Shown here: one piece after another, positions 35,480 to 50,449 of the stretch
Position numbering within the stretch: the stretch's first letter is position 1
Layout of the letters: each line of letters opens with the position of its first letter
Position numbers and translations under genes: made by a program
From: Vicugna vicugna
Lineage: Eukaryota
DNA length: 64,000 nt
NCBI GenBank assembly: GCA_013265495.1
Contig: MU058213.1
Span: 4,464,001-4,528,000, forward strand
Direction of reading: 5' to 3'
The notes under the pieces: generated by a model
What the model saw: only the letters and a program-made list of their open reading frames with translations
Database searches by the model: none
What the model was told of the DNA's origin: nothing

Positions 35480-38400
35480 AAGGATTTCCAAGAGCTATAT
35501 AAAATGCTCAGAAAGTTTCATAGTAGTCCTAATTAAACCATTAGTTTTCAGACATTGGACAATAGGCAGTGCCTGAGAAAAGCAGAATAATCAAGGTGAA
35601 TCCTGCAATTCTCCAACTTACTCCCTGGAGGAAGATTCCCAGCCACAGCAGTGGGAAGAGAAAATCAGAAGAGACTTACTTAGTTGAGGAGACAAAGAAT
35701 AGGCGTCAAAGAAGCCACGGTGGGTCAAATTTTCAGGGCAAAAAGGAGGGAGCACAGAAAAAGAGCTCGAGATCTGCAGAGGGGTTCCTCAGGTCTTAGG
35801 CTGAATACTAATCTGTGTATATGTGAGAAAATATTTAACTTGAATCCAGGAAGGATCACGAAAGGAGTAGGCTGAATAATTCCTGAAACACACAGAGCTA
35901 GAAGTAGTTCTTCTCTAGCCAACCAAAGTGGAAAGATCTCATAATAAATGACATTGTGTTGAGTCCTCAAAGGGTATTGTATTGGTGAAGCTAGCTTAGC
36001 CCTGGCCTAGAGGCTGTTCTGGACCTGCCTTAGCAAAGCTTAAAGGCAACCCTGGAAAAGGATCAAACTGATTCCAAGTGACCTAACTGCTTACCAGAAC
36101 AGAGTCCAATATTCTTTAAAGGAAAACAACAAAATCTAGCACCCAAAAATCCGAACTTTGTAATGTATGGTATTAAAGCAAAAATTACTGAGCATGAAAA
36201 GAAGCAAGAAACTATGTTCTATAACCAGTAATAAAAGTCATCAGTGGAAACTGTAGAGCAAGAAGTTATAAAGATAATGGAATTAGCAAACAAGGGTATT
36301 AAAATGGTTGTTACAAATATGCTCCATAGCTCAAAAATATAAGTGAATATGATGAGAGGGATAATGAAAGATACAAAAAAGAAAAAAACAAAGGAAATTC
36401 TAGAGATAAAAACATAATATCCAAAATGAAAAATGCACTAGATAGGATCAATAACAGATTATTCACTGCAGAAGAAAAGATCAGTGAATTTGCAGACATG
36501 GTAACAAACTATCCAAAATGAAGATCAGAGGATATATAGCATCTCCTTTGGTAGAAAGAACTGCAAAGAATGTCATTTCCACTCTTCCCAGTGAGAAAAA
36601 ATGAAAAAGCCTGATAAAGTACATAATTAGTTTTTGAATCCATCAGAGAGCTGATACTACATGGCTATCATGTGACCTGAATTGCAAGGGGAAACGGTAC
36701 ACGTGAACTGTCTTACCTGAGGCAGAGCATGAGAGAATAAGGTGTCACAACACAAGCAGGTAAGAGGAATCAACAAAATATTTTAAGTTCAACAGAAGGC
36801 TAGTTGTTAGCAGAAGGCCATGGGCTGGCAACATAGTTTGAAATAGCTGGGGGCATATAACAAAAGAACAGTTCAAAGAGGGATTTCACACTTAATCTCA
36901 AATTTTCCCCCTCAAACGTCCACTGAGTATTCAGAAGAAAGATTAGGGGTAGGGCAGGAAACTGAAGGAAGTATCCATTGATGGTACAGGCTTGCAAGAG
37001 CTGATTAGTTACCACTGTGGGAAATGCAAGAAACATGCCAACTTCCCTGGATCCTAAATACTGAAAGACTTAAGCTGCTTTAAGTGGGCCAGCAAAGATT
37101 CTTGCCCAAAGATAAGCTAAGACACATTGTGATTGGTGGGGGACAGAAAACTTACCTAAGACCTAAGAACTTATGCTAATAACAAGTACAGATCTTCTCC
37201 CTGTCTGGGAGGGGTGGAAACTCCAATCCTCAGTCAACTTTAGATATAAAACAGAGTTTGCTCTTATAGGGAGGAAGGAACGAGGTACAGAAAAGCAACA
37301 GCAGTCTACCACTGGGGGAGGGGAAGGCAAAACCATGGAGAAACCTGGATCCCCACCCCACCAGCCTCCACTCTGGCGCACAGGTATTTGGATCTGTTGA
37401 AACCTAAGGGTGAAAAACCGAACACTGAGAAAAATCCTGTAGCACCCTAGGCACATACTAAGCATTAGGCTAACGCAGCCAATCACTAGAAAGAGTTCAA
37501 GCTTCTGGTTAGCTGAAGGTAGTCGTAGCAGCCAGTCACACCCAGCTAAACTTTTGACTTAGATTGACTCATCTCACACCAAAGGCCTTATGCTGGAATA
37601 GGCATGCTCATTTCCAGGCCTAAATACTATTTACCTCGGTCTCTCCTCTTCTGCACACAACATCCTGCATTCAGTCAAAATTATGGGACATATACATAAA
37701 CACAAAGGAAAAAAAAAAAGCATTGACAAGAGGCAAAATAATCAACAGAATAAGATTTACAGGAGGTGACTCAGATGTTGGTATTACCAGACAAGGACTT
37801 TAAAGTAACTAGTTAACATATTAAAGAGTCTAATGGAAAAGGGTGCGCAGCATGACAAATGGGAAATTTTTAGCAAGTAGGTAGAGGTAATAGTCAAATT
37901 GAAATGCTACAAATAAAAGTCATGATATCAGAGACGAAGAATTCCTTCAGCAGCATCAATAGACAACAATTGCAGAAGAAATCAGTAGATTTGAATATAG
38001 TTAATAGAAATCCAAACTGAAACATAAAGAGAAAAAAGTGATCAAAGATCTATGGGACAATGTCAAAAAAAGCTAATACGTTTGTGATTGAAGTCTCAGA
38101 GAGGTAGAAAAAAATCACAGACACAAGATTTCAAAGACAAACCTATGCACACATGTGCACACACACATCCGTACACGTATATTCCAACTGCTGAAAACTA
38201 ACAATTTAAAAAATCTTGAAGCAGCCAGAGGTAGAAAAAACATCTATGTACAAAGCAATAAAGAAACTACAGTAGACTTATCATTAGAAAAGATGCAAGC
38301 AAGAAGATGATAGAGTGACATCTCCAAAGGATTAAAATAAAAAGCCCTGTCAACCCAAAATTATATATCCATTGAAAATAATATGCTTTCTTTAATGAGG

Positions 38401-39190
38401 GCAGGGTAAGAACTTTTTCAGATACATGAAAAGCAGAGCGAATCCATTCCCAGCAGACTTATGCTGCAATAACCATTAAAAGTCTTCAGGCATGGGGAAT
38501 GTAACACCAGGCAGAAACTTAGGTCTCCACTTGGACTCAACAAATTTTCTCTGTAAAGGTCCAGATATTTTAGACTTTGGAGGTCAGTCTCTGTCACAAC
38601 TACTCATCTCTGCCATTGTAGCACAAAAGCAACCATAGACATTACATAAACAAAGGGTATGGCTGTGTTCCAGTAAAACTTTATTTACAAAAACTAGAAG
38701 CAGGCCAGCTTTGGATTGTGGGTTAAAGTATGCCATCCCCTGATCTATACAAACAAATGAGAGCTCCAGAAATGGTAAAAATGAAAGTAAAGATGGAAGA
38801 TATGTTTCCTCATTTTTTATCACACTATAAAATAACTGTAGGTCTAAGCAAAATAGTAACACTGTACACAGCGTGTATAAACGTGTAAAAGATGTGACAA
38901 CAATAAACCAAAGGATGGGAGGGAGGGTTTTGGAAGTATGCTTTTGTAAGGTTCTTACACTTTTACATTATTTGAAAGAAGATCCTGTTAGTTAAAGATA
39001 TATGTTGTTAAATTGAGGGTGAACACTAAAAAAATGAAAACCAATAGTGGAGACTAAATTGAATACTTAATCCAAAAGCAGGCTGAAAAAGAAATAAAGA
39101 ACAGTTGAGACAAATAGAAAACATCTAGCAAAATGTGGTAGATTTAAATCCAGCCATATCAGTAATCGTATTAAATATAAGTGGTCAAAA
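35480..39190 (+). mobile_element. Ancient L1 5'UTR/ORF1 remnants (two successive, possibly nested elements; second starts about 36540)
   Basis: ORF1-like coiled-coil tracts at 36250-36530 and 37780-38500 (aaaaatcttgaagcagccagag, ccctgtcaacccaaaattatatatcc); ORF2-start-like sequence near 39140-39185. Confidence 0.7.
38532..38742 (+). mobile_element. MER58A-like hAT-Charlie MITE inserted in the old L1
   Basis: ctgtaaaggtccagata...gtctctgtcacaactactcatctctgccattgtagcacaaaagc...ggctgtgttccagtaaaactttatttacaaaaa...cccctg. Confidence 0.88.
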
Positions 39191-39269
39191 TAAAGCACAC
39201 AGAGAAAAAAGAGGTTGGGGAAAAGTTTTTGACTTTTTTAATTCTGTGTTTTCCAGTGGTTTTTATTCT

Positions 39270-39430
39270 CACAAAAACCCAATAAGGTAAACCTGTTATT
39301 ACCCCTCTTCACCATTCAGGCAACTAAGGGACAGAGAGGTTAGATAACAGTATTAATAAGAAGTGGAGTGGAATTTGAACCCAGTTAGTCTGCATGCATA
39401 GTCTCTGTTCATAACCTGTTCCCTATGCCT
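39270..39430 (-). mobile_element. MIR SINE
   Basis: gcaactaagggacagagaggttagataac...ggaatttgaacccagttagtctg. Confidence 0.7.
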
Positions 39431-42400
39431 CCTCTGTAATTTTATTATCACAATTTTTTTCCTTTTCTTAATTCCTTTAGTCTTTACTTTCTTCCTGTGT
39501 TTCTTCCTTCAATAAATATTTTATACCGACATACTGTGAGTGACTTAAGTTGATTTGTTTAGCCATTTATAATGAGTTGGTATGTAAAAAGACTCATTTT
39601 GAGTTATGCCTGACTCACCAATGAATTCTGGATTATAACCCATTGAGAATTTGAGGCAAGCCTTTACCTATTTTCAAACTACAGTGGTAGGAGGGCAGTG
39701 AATTGCAGTACTGGAGGTCACTCAGTGAAAGCTGAATGTCTCATATTCTACCCTCAGAGTACCTATTATTGTAGCAAGAACCTTATTTAAATCTCAGTAG
39801 ACCAGAGATAGAATTTAAGGCTCTCTTTTGGAGTTTCTGTTTCAAGAAAATAGAATCGTCTCCTTTCAGTTGCTCAATATGTATGTATTTTCTGTGGTGT
39901 ATAGAATATGTTTACCTTCTTACATTATGTAGGTGGAAGGTGTCCATCCCCAGTGAGAAGTTTTATTACCATTTAGTTTTTCTTAATCTGAGTAGAGTGA
40001 AGTCCTGGTAATTCTGAATGTGTTAACTTCAGTTTCCCATATTTAGCATACCGTATTCACGGTTTAAATATCTCAAAATGTATTAAATGTATGATAAACT
40101 GTTTATGTATTTCATTTTTATAACTGCGCTTCATCATTATTCCAAAAGTCCATACATTTTTTAGCAGCTTGTCTTCCTTTTAGTACCAGCAGTGCCCAAA
40201 TTTACATTCTGTCAGAAGGGAGTGCCTGATTAATAACAGTATAGATGAGGATGTCAGTTTCATAGGATATTAAAACAGAGAGGTCATCCATTCCAAACTT
40301 CCCCTACCCTCCCCACCTCAATCTTCAGGTATAGAAACTGAGGCCCAGGAGGTTTAATGATTCATGCATGCAGCACTGCTAGTTCACAGCAGAGACAGGA
40401 ATAGACCCTCCTGGCTCTCGTTTCCATGCTTGTTCCACTTCACTACCCTACTTCTGACCAGATAGTTGGTGAATGGTAGCAGTTCCATTGACTAGTTCCT
40501 TTTTCTCTATTCCAGTTCTTGCTGTCAGGGGAAACTAGCTAATTAACAGTCATTTATTATCAGCTATTTTAGAGCACAGTTCTCTTAAACTGTCTCTCCG
40601 CCTCTACATGGCTGTATGCCATAGATAGAGCCTTGGAGTAGAATCTGTTCTTGGCATGCAAACAAAACAAGTCTTGAATTCCAGACCAGTGTTCCCTGAA
40701 CAAGTGGCATCTGCCTTCTGGTCCCTGGATGCCACAAAAAACAGACTCAGACACTGACCTTGCCTGGTAAGGTCATGGTTTAAATTAAACAGCCAAAATA
40801 CAGAAAGATGTGAGAAAATCACAGGAATTAACAATAATGAGCTTAATGTTCTGTTTATCATTGTATGATGCAAGAAATTTCTGAGAGAAGCATTCATACA
40901 AGGATTGGTGGAAGCAGAGTCAGTATGTCAGAAGTAGATTATTTAAGTGTGTGATTGCCAATATAATTTAATAACATGCTACTTTGCCTTCCCCCAGACA
41001 CATTATTTAGTGATGTGACTTTTACCTGATTTTCTTTTTTTCTTTATTTTTGGTGTAAGGGAAGTAGACAATATTGAGGTGTTGAAGGATTGGCTTAGTA
41101 GAATTGGCTAGAAAGTTGTCAAGTGTCAGTTGAATTATTTCAAATTTTCTTTTATTAAAGAATGGAATAAACATTAAGGTACAAAGGTTACTTGATTATT
41201 TTTAGAGAATATGTATTCACTATGTTTTCTCCTGACATGCAGCCAAAGATGAAGAGATCATCTTTGTTCCATAATCTGTTGGATTGCTATAAAAATGAAA
41301 TATCTTTTGTTTCTGAGTTTTAAACAGCATATGGTTAGAAAAGTGTGTAGACATTAAGTGAGAAAACACACTTAAGTTCTGAATCTAAGGAAAAGCAGCA
41401 ATGCAATATCTAAAAATATGTTTCCAGATACAATGTAGAAAAGCAATTATTAAGTAATATGTCTCAGAGAAGTGGAGTTTAGATATTTAGAATGAATACC
41501 TTGGCATATATCCTATATGTGGCACAATTGGACCATAAAATGATCTAGATGGTTTTATTAAATGACTAAAATTGATCAAATGTATTTTCTTACTCTACGC
41601 TGCTCATTCCTAATTTCTACCTGCCTACTTCCTCACCCTCATACTGAATCCTGCATTTTAATATTCCCTCTGGGCATTCTGATGGGTGAAAGGCACACTG
41701 TTTTGTGTAAACCTTCCCATCCTTTTCTGTTTGTTTATATTTAATTTGTGAATTTGATTGTTGGGGGAGGGATGGAGAGCGTGGGGAAGGGTAGCTGGAT
41801 TGGCGAACATTTGCATTCTGGACTACTTCATCTCAGGTTTTAGTTTCAAGAGGTCATTTCTTAAACCTATTCAAATTGCCCAGGTCTGACTGTGTGCTCT
41901 TACCAAGGACAGGATCCTGTGCTGGTGTCTGAGTGATTCTGACAGGGAAGATGCTTACAGCTCTGATGCCTGTCACAGGAAGTTGGTGCAGTTAAGATGG
42001 AATAAGTGGTGAAACAAAGGCTGGGTTAGACAAGTGATTTCAACTGGGAACTAGCTAATCACTAACCTCTGTAGGGATCCTCTGGTTTATCACTGATCTC
42101 CCTCACACTTGGCATTTTCCTGTGCTGCTGCCTCATCATTCATAGCTGTGTGAGTAATTTGGCACAGAGTGAACAAGAGGAGGGCATAGAGAGTCCAGCA
42201 GCTGTGCTTGTTGGCACTAGATATTTAAATATCTTCAGTGTAGCCAGCAGCGAGCTTGGCGCAAATGTTAGCCAATAATACTTAAACAAATTGTTGTGAG
42301 GAAAATAGGGAAGCATTTATGTTAAAAACTCTCTCTTCCTTTCCTTTCCTTTTTCAAAAAAAAATCTATTAGTTTGAATTTCTTTTTAGATTTTTTTTCT

Positions 42401-44494
42401 GTAAGTTTGAATAGGTTGCTACCAAAATGAAGTCTGTAATTCTAATAGTTAGCATTGGCCTAGGTTCTTTCTTGAGAATTTCCAAATCCTTTATAAGCAT
42501 TAATTAAGTAGACATGCCTGTGTGACTTATGTGTTACTGAGTTGATTTTCTAAAAGAGTGAGTGGGGCCATTGATGTTAACTGACTTGTAACTTGCCCAG
42601 TTCCCTCGCTGAGAGAGAAGCAAGAGCCAAGAGGTGAATCCTGTAAGCAGAACTCCTGGGTCTCTGCTTAGATGCACCCAGCGGCATTACAGGTTTCCCC
42701 ACTTTGCAGGATGGTACTTGATGTTTCTCCAAGAGGTTGGTGTGATTCAAATTGTACGAAACTTTTGTTAGTGTTCACCCACAAAAGGGGAGGAAAAGCT
42801 TCTCCATAAGTAAACAGGTTAGGTATTTGAGTTTTCAAAGATACCCAAGGGGGAGGAGAAGAGTCTCCTCATAAAACTGTGATCAAATTTAGATTTGTGC
42901 CCAAATATTTCAGTTTGCTTATGTGAGGATTTCATATTGTTTTTCTGAAATTAAATGCAAAAATGCTCTCATGATTTATATATTGAAATATTTCATTTTG
43001 AAACATAGTAATGTTGATCTAGGTAATTTTTGAAACATCCAGAAATTCTTTCTCTAGATTAAGCCTTTACCTTTTATGAGAAACAGTCTAATGCTGCCCA
43101 TTTAAAATACAATGGTGGAGTTTTTTAATTTAATAGATTTTGAATTTGAATGCAAATCAGCATGCCTGAATGAACATTGAAATAATATTGGTTTTCAGAC
43201 AGAAAGAGAAACTATTTGTTCTAATTTCTGCTGTTACTCATGAAGTCAACAATTATTTCTTGAGTAGTATCTAGTCATTGAAATGACTAAACTTTGCTGA
43301 AGTTTTCAGGTATTCAGTGGACTGCTGCAGAAATCAATGCTGAGTCAGCCACATCTTCCATAGTATCTTTGTCTCTAGCCATTTCCTCATAAAACATTGT
43401 TTTGAATTGGTAGGAAAAAAGCACATAACAGCTGAGAGAGTATTATAGGGCAGGTTTCTCCAGCCAGTAGATTGAGATCTATGGGAGCTCTTGAAAACTT
43501 ACTGCTGTATCTCACAGCTTCCTTCAATCACTCCTTGGTATGAACAGGATATCTAGTAGGAAGAAGAACACAACTAGCAGTGGTACCAGCAGTGTGAGTA
43601 AAGCACCTTCCTACAGTGCCTTGCCCACGGTAGCTAGTCAGCAAATGCCCCCCAGCCACCTCAAGACATTGCGAGTGAAGACGAGAAGTGGAAGAGTCCT
43701 CGACTGCTGTGTCCTCTAAGGATGGTTCAGCAAAGCAGCTGGGGAGTTCTTGAGCCAAAGTTGGTCAACAGAGTAATGCTACGTTTCCAGGAAGGGATGT
43801 GTTTTAGTTTCCCCACCATACTCTGTCAAATGTGTTATAAGCAAGTGCAAAAGCAGTCATGGATTTCAGAGCACAGCAGCTGGAGTAGTTCCCCACAGAA
43901 ACTTCAGGGTGTCAGTTACATTCCCCAAAGTAGGAGTTCTGCAGGGTGCATTCTCATCACTAGGATAGCAATTAATTTTTTTAAATTGTTTTAAACATAT
44001 GCACAAATCCTGGCATTGGCCACACAAAACAATCTCTCAGGATGCCATTATGCAACCTCTGATCTTGTCCAGCTGGTTCTTTCCTATGGATTAGGAAACT
44101 GAAGCCCACCCAGAAAGACACAATCAGAATAAATATTTTTTTAACAGGCACTTGAAGCAAGGGTAACATCATCTTGTGCTCTTTGTGAGAACTGAAAAGA
44201 ATGACAGTTACCTTTGATTGAAATCAACGTAACTGCCTGTGTTCTCATCATATCCAGAGTCAACCGATGGAGTAGTTGGGGTGTGCTGCCAATCACTTTT
44301 GGGATAATTTGTCATCATTCCCTGTTTTCAGCAGGAATGGGTTTCACATCCAGTGCTCAGTCAGTTGATTGGTAGAGACTGCCTGAAGGCTAAATAGAGG
44401 GGGAAAAAAATCTTATTCTATATTTGGGCTACACCAAATGTCTACGTATATGATCAGAACATGGGAATTGTGTCCTAAAACCTCCACTGGAAAA

Positions 44495-45240
44495 CAGTAC
44501 AGTATAGTATGCTGTTAAGAATTTGGTGTCAGAGAGCCCTACATTCTAACTCTTTAAGCTACTTATTCTGTGACCTTGGATAAAGTATTTTTCCTCATTA
44601 GTGAAATAGGGATTTAATAGTACCTACCTCAGTGGGTCAGAACAATTAAAGCCCCCATTAGCTTTCATCTGGATTATTTCATTAGTCTTCTAATTGGTCT
44701 TCCTGCTTTCACACTTGTTTCTCCGTAGTTTATTTGCCACACAGCAGCCACAGAGATACTTTTAAAATGTGGGTCATCTTTTTCACTAAACAGTACTGAA
44801 GTCAGTTGATTATCCTCTGGGGAAAAACATGTACCTTGACCCCTTACCAGCATACACAAAAACCAAATTCAAATTAAAGTGTGAAATTTAAGCTTTTAGA
44901 AGAAAACATAGAAGAATAGATTTGTAACCTTGCAATAGGCAGAGATTTCTTAAACAGTACACACACCAAAGAATGTTAACCATAAAGGAAAAAAATGGAC
45001 AAGTTGGGCTATGTTAAAACAAAGGATTTCTGTTTATCAAAAGACACCAGTAAGAGTGAAAACGCAACCTACAGAAAATATTTACATAAATACAATAAAA
45101 GGTCTTGGGTCAAAAATACGTGACGAACTCCTACAAATCAACAAGTAAACAACAAATAATCTAATGAGAAAAAAGCAGGCAAAAAACTTGAATGGCCATT
45201 TCACTATTAGATACCTGAATGGCCAATAAGCAGGTACTCA
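44495..45240 (+). mobile_element. Cluster of MIR (44495-44640), L2 fragment (44650-44780) and old L1 ORF2 fragment (44810-45240)
   Basis: ctgtgaccttggataaagt; ctaattggtcttcctgctttc...ccacacagcagcca; aagcttttagaagaaaacatagaagaata. Confidence 0.7.
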
Positions 45241-47687
45241 TTGTGGTTCACCAGTAGTAACTTGTCTGCTAAAAATGTTTATTAAGTCTTCCACTGCATT
45301 AATAAATAAATTCTCAACAAAAGAGCTAATGGTTCCACAAGTCTCTTTACTAGTAAGAACAACTGGAATGCTGTATAATTTTCTCCACAGTTTTTATTTT
45401 ACTGCTGGAAATTCTGTTTTCTGAGAATTCTCCCTCACCATCCCTATGCTTCAGCTTTTTAATGTTATTCTTCAGATGTGGGTGATACAAAGTAGAAAGC
45501 AGTTATCAGGGGACCTTTTTTGCTGAGACTCTTCATGTTCAAAGTAATACTGCTTGGGGCAGGAGTTGGACTAGATAACTTCTGTAATGTCATTGAGAAG
45601 TGAGTCTGTGATCCTAGGAGAGGTCATTTGGTCTCACTTGGTATTTCTAATTACTCAGAAATGATGTAGGATTCCTTTAATTCACCTGCACTTCAAGGAG
45701 TTACCAAAATCAGAGTTTAGTTTTATCCTGCTTAAAATCTGAACCCTTACAACCAGGGTTCCCACAATTGGGTGTAGCACATTTCACCAACTTAAATGAC
45801 CTGCCAGGAAGATTCCTGTCATTTCAACTCTTTCCTCCACTCCTCTGGGAGTGGGCATGCCTTCAGTTTTTAAGGTGGAGTAAGTGTTAAGGAAATTTCT
45901 AGGCATGTTCTTCCTACCTCTCTTTTCTTGCAAGTATTTAGCATTAACTCAGATAGATTAGGGTATTGTGATGAATCAAAGATGAAATTTAAAATAATAA
46001 TTTTAGGGAATGAAATCCTTCATTTACATTTAGAAAAATCACTTGTATAAATTCAGGATAGGGTGACTTGGTTTAACAGTGGTACAAGTTTTTGGTCTAA
46101 TTTGTGCCCAGCAGGGTAGTATGACTGTTTTTTAAAAAGCCAATGTATTCTTGACTATGCTTATGGAATAATAAAATTCAAATGGAGATGTACAGGAAGG
46201 CTGGTTTCTATGTTTCTCTTCTGTTGTGTCTTTTTTCATTTCCTTTTCTCTTTGCCATATATGTTTTCAGTCCTTATTTTTCTACCCCATCGTTTTGTTA
46301 TGCTGATTAGTGGGAAAAGGCAATTAATCACTTTTGGAAGAAAAATCAGTGAGTTATCTCTCTATAAGATAAAAGATGGGATCCCCTTTATATTTGGTTC
46401 TCACTTCACTAGAAGCTCTGAAGACTAGCTAGATTTTTCTAGATTTTCATTCTTTAGCCCTTGGGCAAAGAAAGAGTGTTCAGCTCTGACCTTAGAGTTT
46501 ACTCAGGTGTTTGATCAACTTGTCCCAGTCAGTGCATATCCCTTTTATCCTTGGGAGTGATTGTTGTCACAGCCTTGGGATGGCATTGTATCAGTTTAAA
46601 TGAAAACCAGTTTGACAGCTCTTAAACTGTACTCTGCCCTACACATAGTTTATCTCCCGGACCACTTAAGTTGGAAAATTACTTGCCTAAAAGGCCATAT
46701 TGTTCTTATATAAGCCATCTACTCAGAGGACCCTTCTTCTGTGAAATGATAGGTAGTTTCATCTCTACCTTTAGTATGAACAGAAGGTGCCTATTTCTCC
46801 ATTCAAGTTTGGATAGGTGATACCCTTCCTTGTTCAGTAGGCTTTATGAATTGCCTCAGCCTCAGACAATTCCCTGTCCACCCCTCTAGATCCACCCATA
46901 CATAGTGCATTTTGGATCTGGACCTCAAGACACCTGACCTTTATTGTGAAACTTGTTTTTCATCCAGTTGGGCTATAAGCTTTTCTACTTGTTGACACGT
47001 ATTGAGGGCAGAGGCGTGGGTCTTCATCTCATAACCCCCACCATCTGTCTGAGTGACAATCCATAAATGTTTGATGGAATGTATCAAACTCAAGTTCTTG
47101 TATGTAGTCAACTCTAGAATATTTGTGATTGGGTTGAAGAGTAATGGGAGTGTAGACCTGTTCATTCTCAGCCTCTGCTTGACTGCTGATTGTGTCCTAT
47201 GCCGAAGAATGTAGGCAGAATTCTCTTTTGAAGAGTTCTTTATAGACTAATATTAACATTAGTTTGTATTTTGGGAGCTTAGGCAAATAATGGGAAGTTG
47301 CAACTTAACGTTATTGCTAGGGAACGAGGTGACAGATTTTTTTTTAATTCCAAGATGATTTGATACAGTAATGACTGTCTCTAATAGTTTATTCATCTTA
47401 GACTAACAACTGGTTAAAATAATTTCTCAGATTTCATTAATTTGCTATTTCTTGAACAATTACTTTAAACCCTGTCCAAATTAGTCAAAATCATCTGTCA
47501 TTTCTTGAGCATTTCAGTTTGGGGTCAGAAAATACTGAGTCTGATTAATGTAAACCATGTAAGTCTAGCTACTTAAAGTAACGTTACACACAAAGTACTT
47601 ATTTATGAAATATGTGTTTGATGGCTTGATACACAAATATGTATATAAATGTGTATCTTTCAATAACATGTTACTCTTCTACTAGTG

Positions 47688-48072
47688 TTGGGATTCTTAG
47701 CCTGGAGTCCAGAGACTCCCAGAATGGAAGGAAAATCAGTGAACTTAGGGAATAAACTGTCATTTTTACCAGTCTCTAAGTGAAATAACATGTATAAAGT
47801 ACTCTTATAGCATAGTATGTTTGTTGCATGTATCTTAAACTGTCATTTATGATTTGAAATTAACATTGTTGATAGGCCTGCCTCTAGCTAGAGCTATTTA
47901 ATGTGTTAATTTAAAAGCATATATATTACTCTGTAGCAAATTTGTTTAATAATTTGATAACATATCACTTTATAATACTGTATATTTTGCTTTGTTCTTT
48001 TAAATACATTTTTCTGAAGATTGCCAAAGAGGCCCATGGTGCATACATACCCACACACAAATAAAACCCCTC
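47688..48072. mobile_element. hAT-Charlie-like non-autonomous element (Charlie4-like)
   Basis: gggattcttagcctggagtccagagac at the left and gattgccaaagaggcccatgg...aaaacccct at the right. Confidence 0.55.
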
Positions 48073-50449
48073 TACTAGAAACTCCCAATAAATTATTTGT
48101 AATATTTTTTCATAGGTGTTTAGAGGGAAATTATGTATTTGTTCAGTTACTGATAGTTCTTAAACTGTATTCAGTGGATGTTTACTGTTAAAATTGTCCA
48201 CTTATCACATTTATATATAATATTTATGTAAAAGTTACTAGAAATTCCGTAATACAGTAGTCAAAAGTTTTTGTTGTCAGACACCTAAGATAAAATAAAA
48301 AGACATATGTGATTCATTTTAATTCATGAAAAGAGTTCTTGTGAAAAATAATTTTGAAAGAATTAAAGATGAATGTCTTTTAAATCTCAGACTGAGTACG
48401 CATAAATATATTTCAGGAGTACCCAAACATCTTAGTCTCTAAGAAATATGTAGTTCCTAACAAATTAAAGGTGAAATAAAGATGTATTTACATTTCAGAA
48501 TCTCATTTGAATAGGTTAAGTCATTTTAAAGACTAGCTATCAGTTTTCCATTTCAGAAGAAACTTTTACTTTGAAATGTTTTGGCTTCTGTTAAATTGGT
48601 TTTCATTCTCTCTGGTTTGAATGTCCTCTGAAAGGAAGAAGTTTAGAAATTTTAAAAAGCACAGAAAGTAAGTTTTAAAACTTGACATTTCTTTAAAAAA
48701 ATAAAATTTGACATTTTCTTAAACAATCTATCTAATGAGTAGCCTCCACATAGATACTTTAAAGTTGCATTTGAAATCTGTACTTTATTTTTTAAAAACA
48801 GAGCAGATACTGATCTCTCACTTTGTTCCCTTTTTCACCTCAACAATAAATTTTTTTTAAAAGATTCCTTTCTGGTTACATATGAATGAAAGTATAATAA
48901 TTGTTGCTTAGGTTTAAGTGTTTACTGCTTGGTTGAAATAATGTTTCAGGAAGAATTTGCATGGTAGAAAGGGCTTAGTGAGGATTCCAGCTGATAATAA
49001 GTTGATAGTGTATTGTCATGAATAACAAGCCACTGGTATAGTCTTTTCTTTTTTAACTCTATATTATTGATTTACAATGTTTTTGTCCTCTCTGAATTCT
49101 GTCCTGCCAAGTGTATGAGACATGATTTGTTTCTAAATGCAACATCTTAAAATTGAAGACATATACTGAGAATGATTTTTAACATCTCATATATTTGCTT
49201 AATGTGTTTGATTAATAAAGTAATACCTCCAAATCATAGATGTGGTCTGTTCTTTATATTTTCCCAGTAATCTCTCTGCCAGGCATGAGGAGTTGGCATA
49301 TCCCTTCAGTCTTTGGCATCTTCTTCAGTCTTTGGCATCTTCTTCGTCCGTAAGGGGGGTGTGTCAGAATTGCAAATGTATAATGATTTTGTGAAGTCAC
49401 ATTCTAAGAGTTGAAGAGTAGAGTCCAAGATAACACCTTGGCTCTTACAGTCTTATTTGTAAAGGATATATTTAAAGAGTTATAAATGTTTTCCTTTTTA
49501 ATTTCATATGAGTATTTTGCAAATTAAATTCTTTATGTAGAACATACTACATAAAGTACTGATTGTGAGAATGTGAGGCAAACAGACCACATTAATTAAT
49601 TTTCCTGTTCTTATAAATATGCATTTTTTGTGTGTTGGCATTGCTTTGCCTGAAATAGGTGCTTCATCAGAAATAGATAGTAAGTGCTTCTTAATACATA
49701 TGCTATAATATCCTAATAGGCTCAGAAATTATACCCCTAATTATTAAAGTATTTTCTGATAACTAGCTCTATTATTACAAGAATTATTTTGTATATCTAA
49801 ATATACGGCAGAGGCCAGATTCAGAAGTGTTAAGATTTCTACATCAGTTGGCCAGTTGAATACATCAGTGGTGTGCATCCATCAATAAAAATGATTGAAT
49901 GGTAGTGTATATTTCTCCAAGCTTTTTAAAAAATTATGTACCATATCAGTAAATAATTCTGAGCATCGCTTTTATGTGTGGAATTCTTTAAATTAATAAA
50001 CTATATGTTTTTATATAATCACAAGCTGATATCTCAATGTGTAGTATATAATTATGCTGAAGTTTATATAGCCTCAATAATTTTGAATATTTTGCATAAC
50101 ATCAGATTTAATTATGTTATTATTCTTTTTGTCTTGGAATGGAGGAAAAAAACAGCTCTGCCATTGTCATTGTTTATTTGTGTCTCCATGTTTGTTAGGT
50201 GATGCTTGTACAAATCATTTTAAGCAACATGTCTATTTGTGAGGGAGTTTTTAGTTTAAAAATATATAACATTTGAAAATTCACTTTACTGAACATACTT
50301 AAACTCCAGTGTACTGAAAAACAAATGAATAAGAACACTGCTGTCAGTTGTCAGCACTGTGGGACATCTGCTCTCCCTCTAGAGCTGGCCTGTACCATTC
50401 CTGACACTTTGCCATCGGCTTTTGAACTGCAAATATAATCCCAACTAGA

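Noticed and set aside
41295..41357. Short ATG ORF MKYLLFLSFKQHMVRKVCRH as an alternative TCF12 N-terminal exon
   Set aside because: Ends in a stop with no convincing phase-1 donor; resemblance to TCF4 alternative N-termini is too weak.
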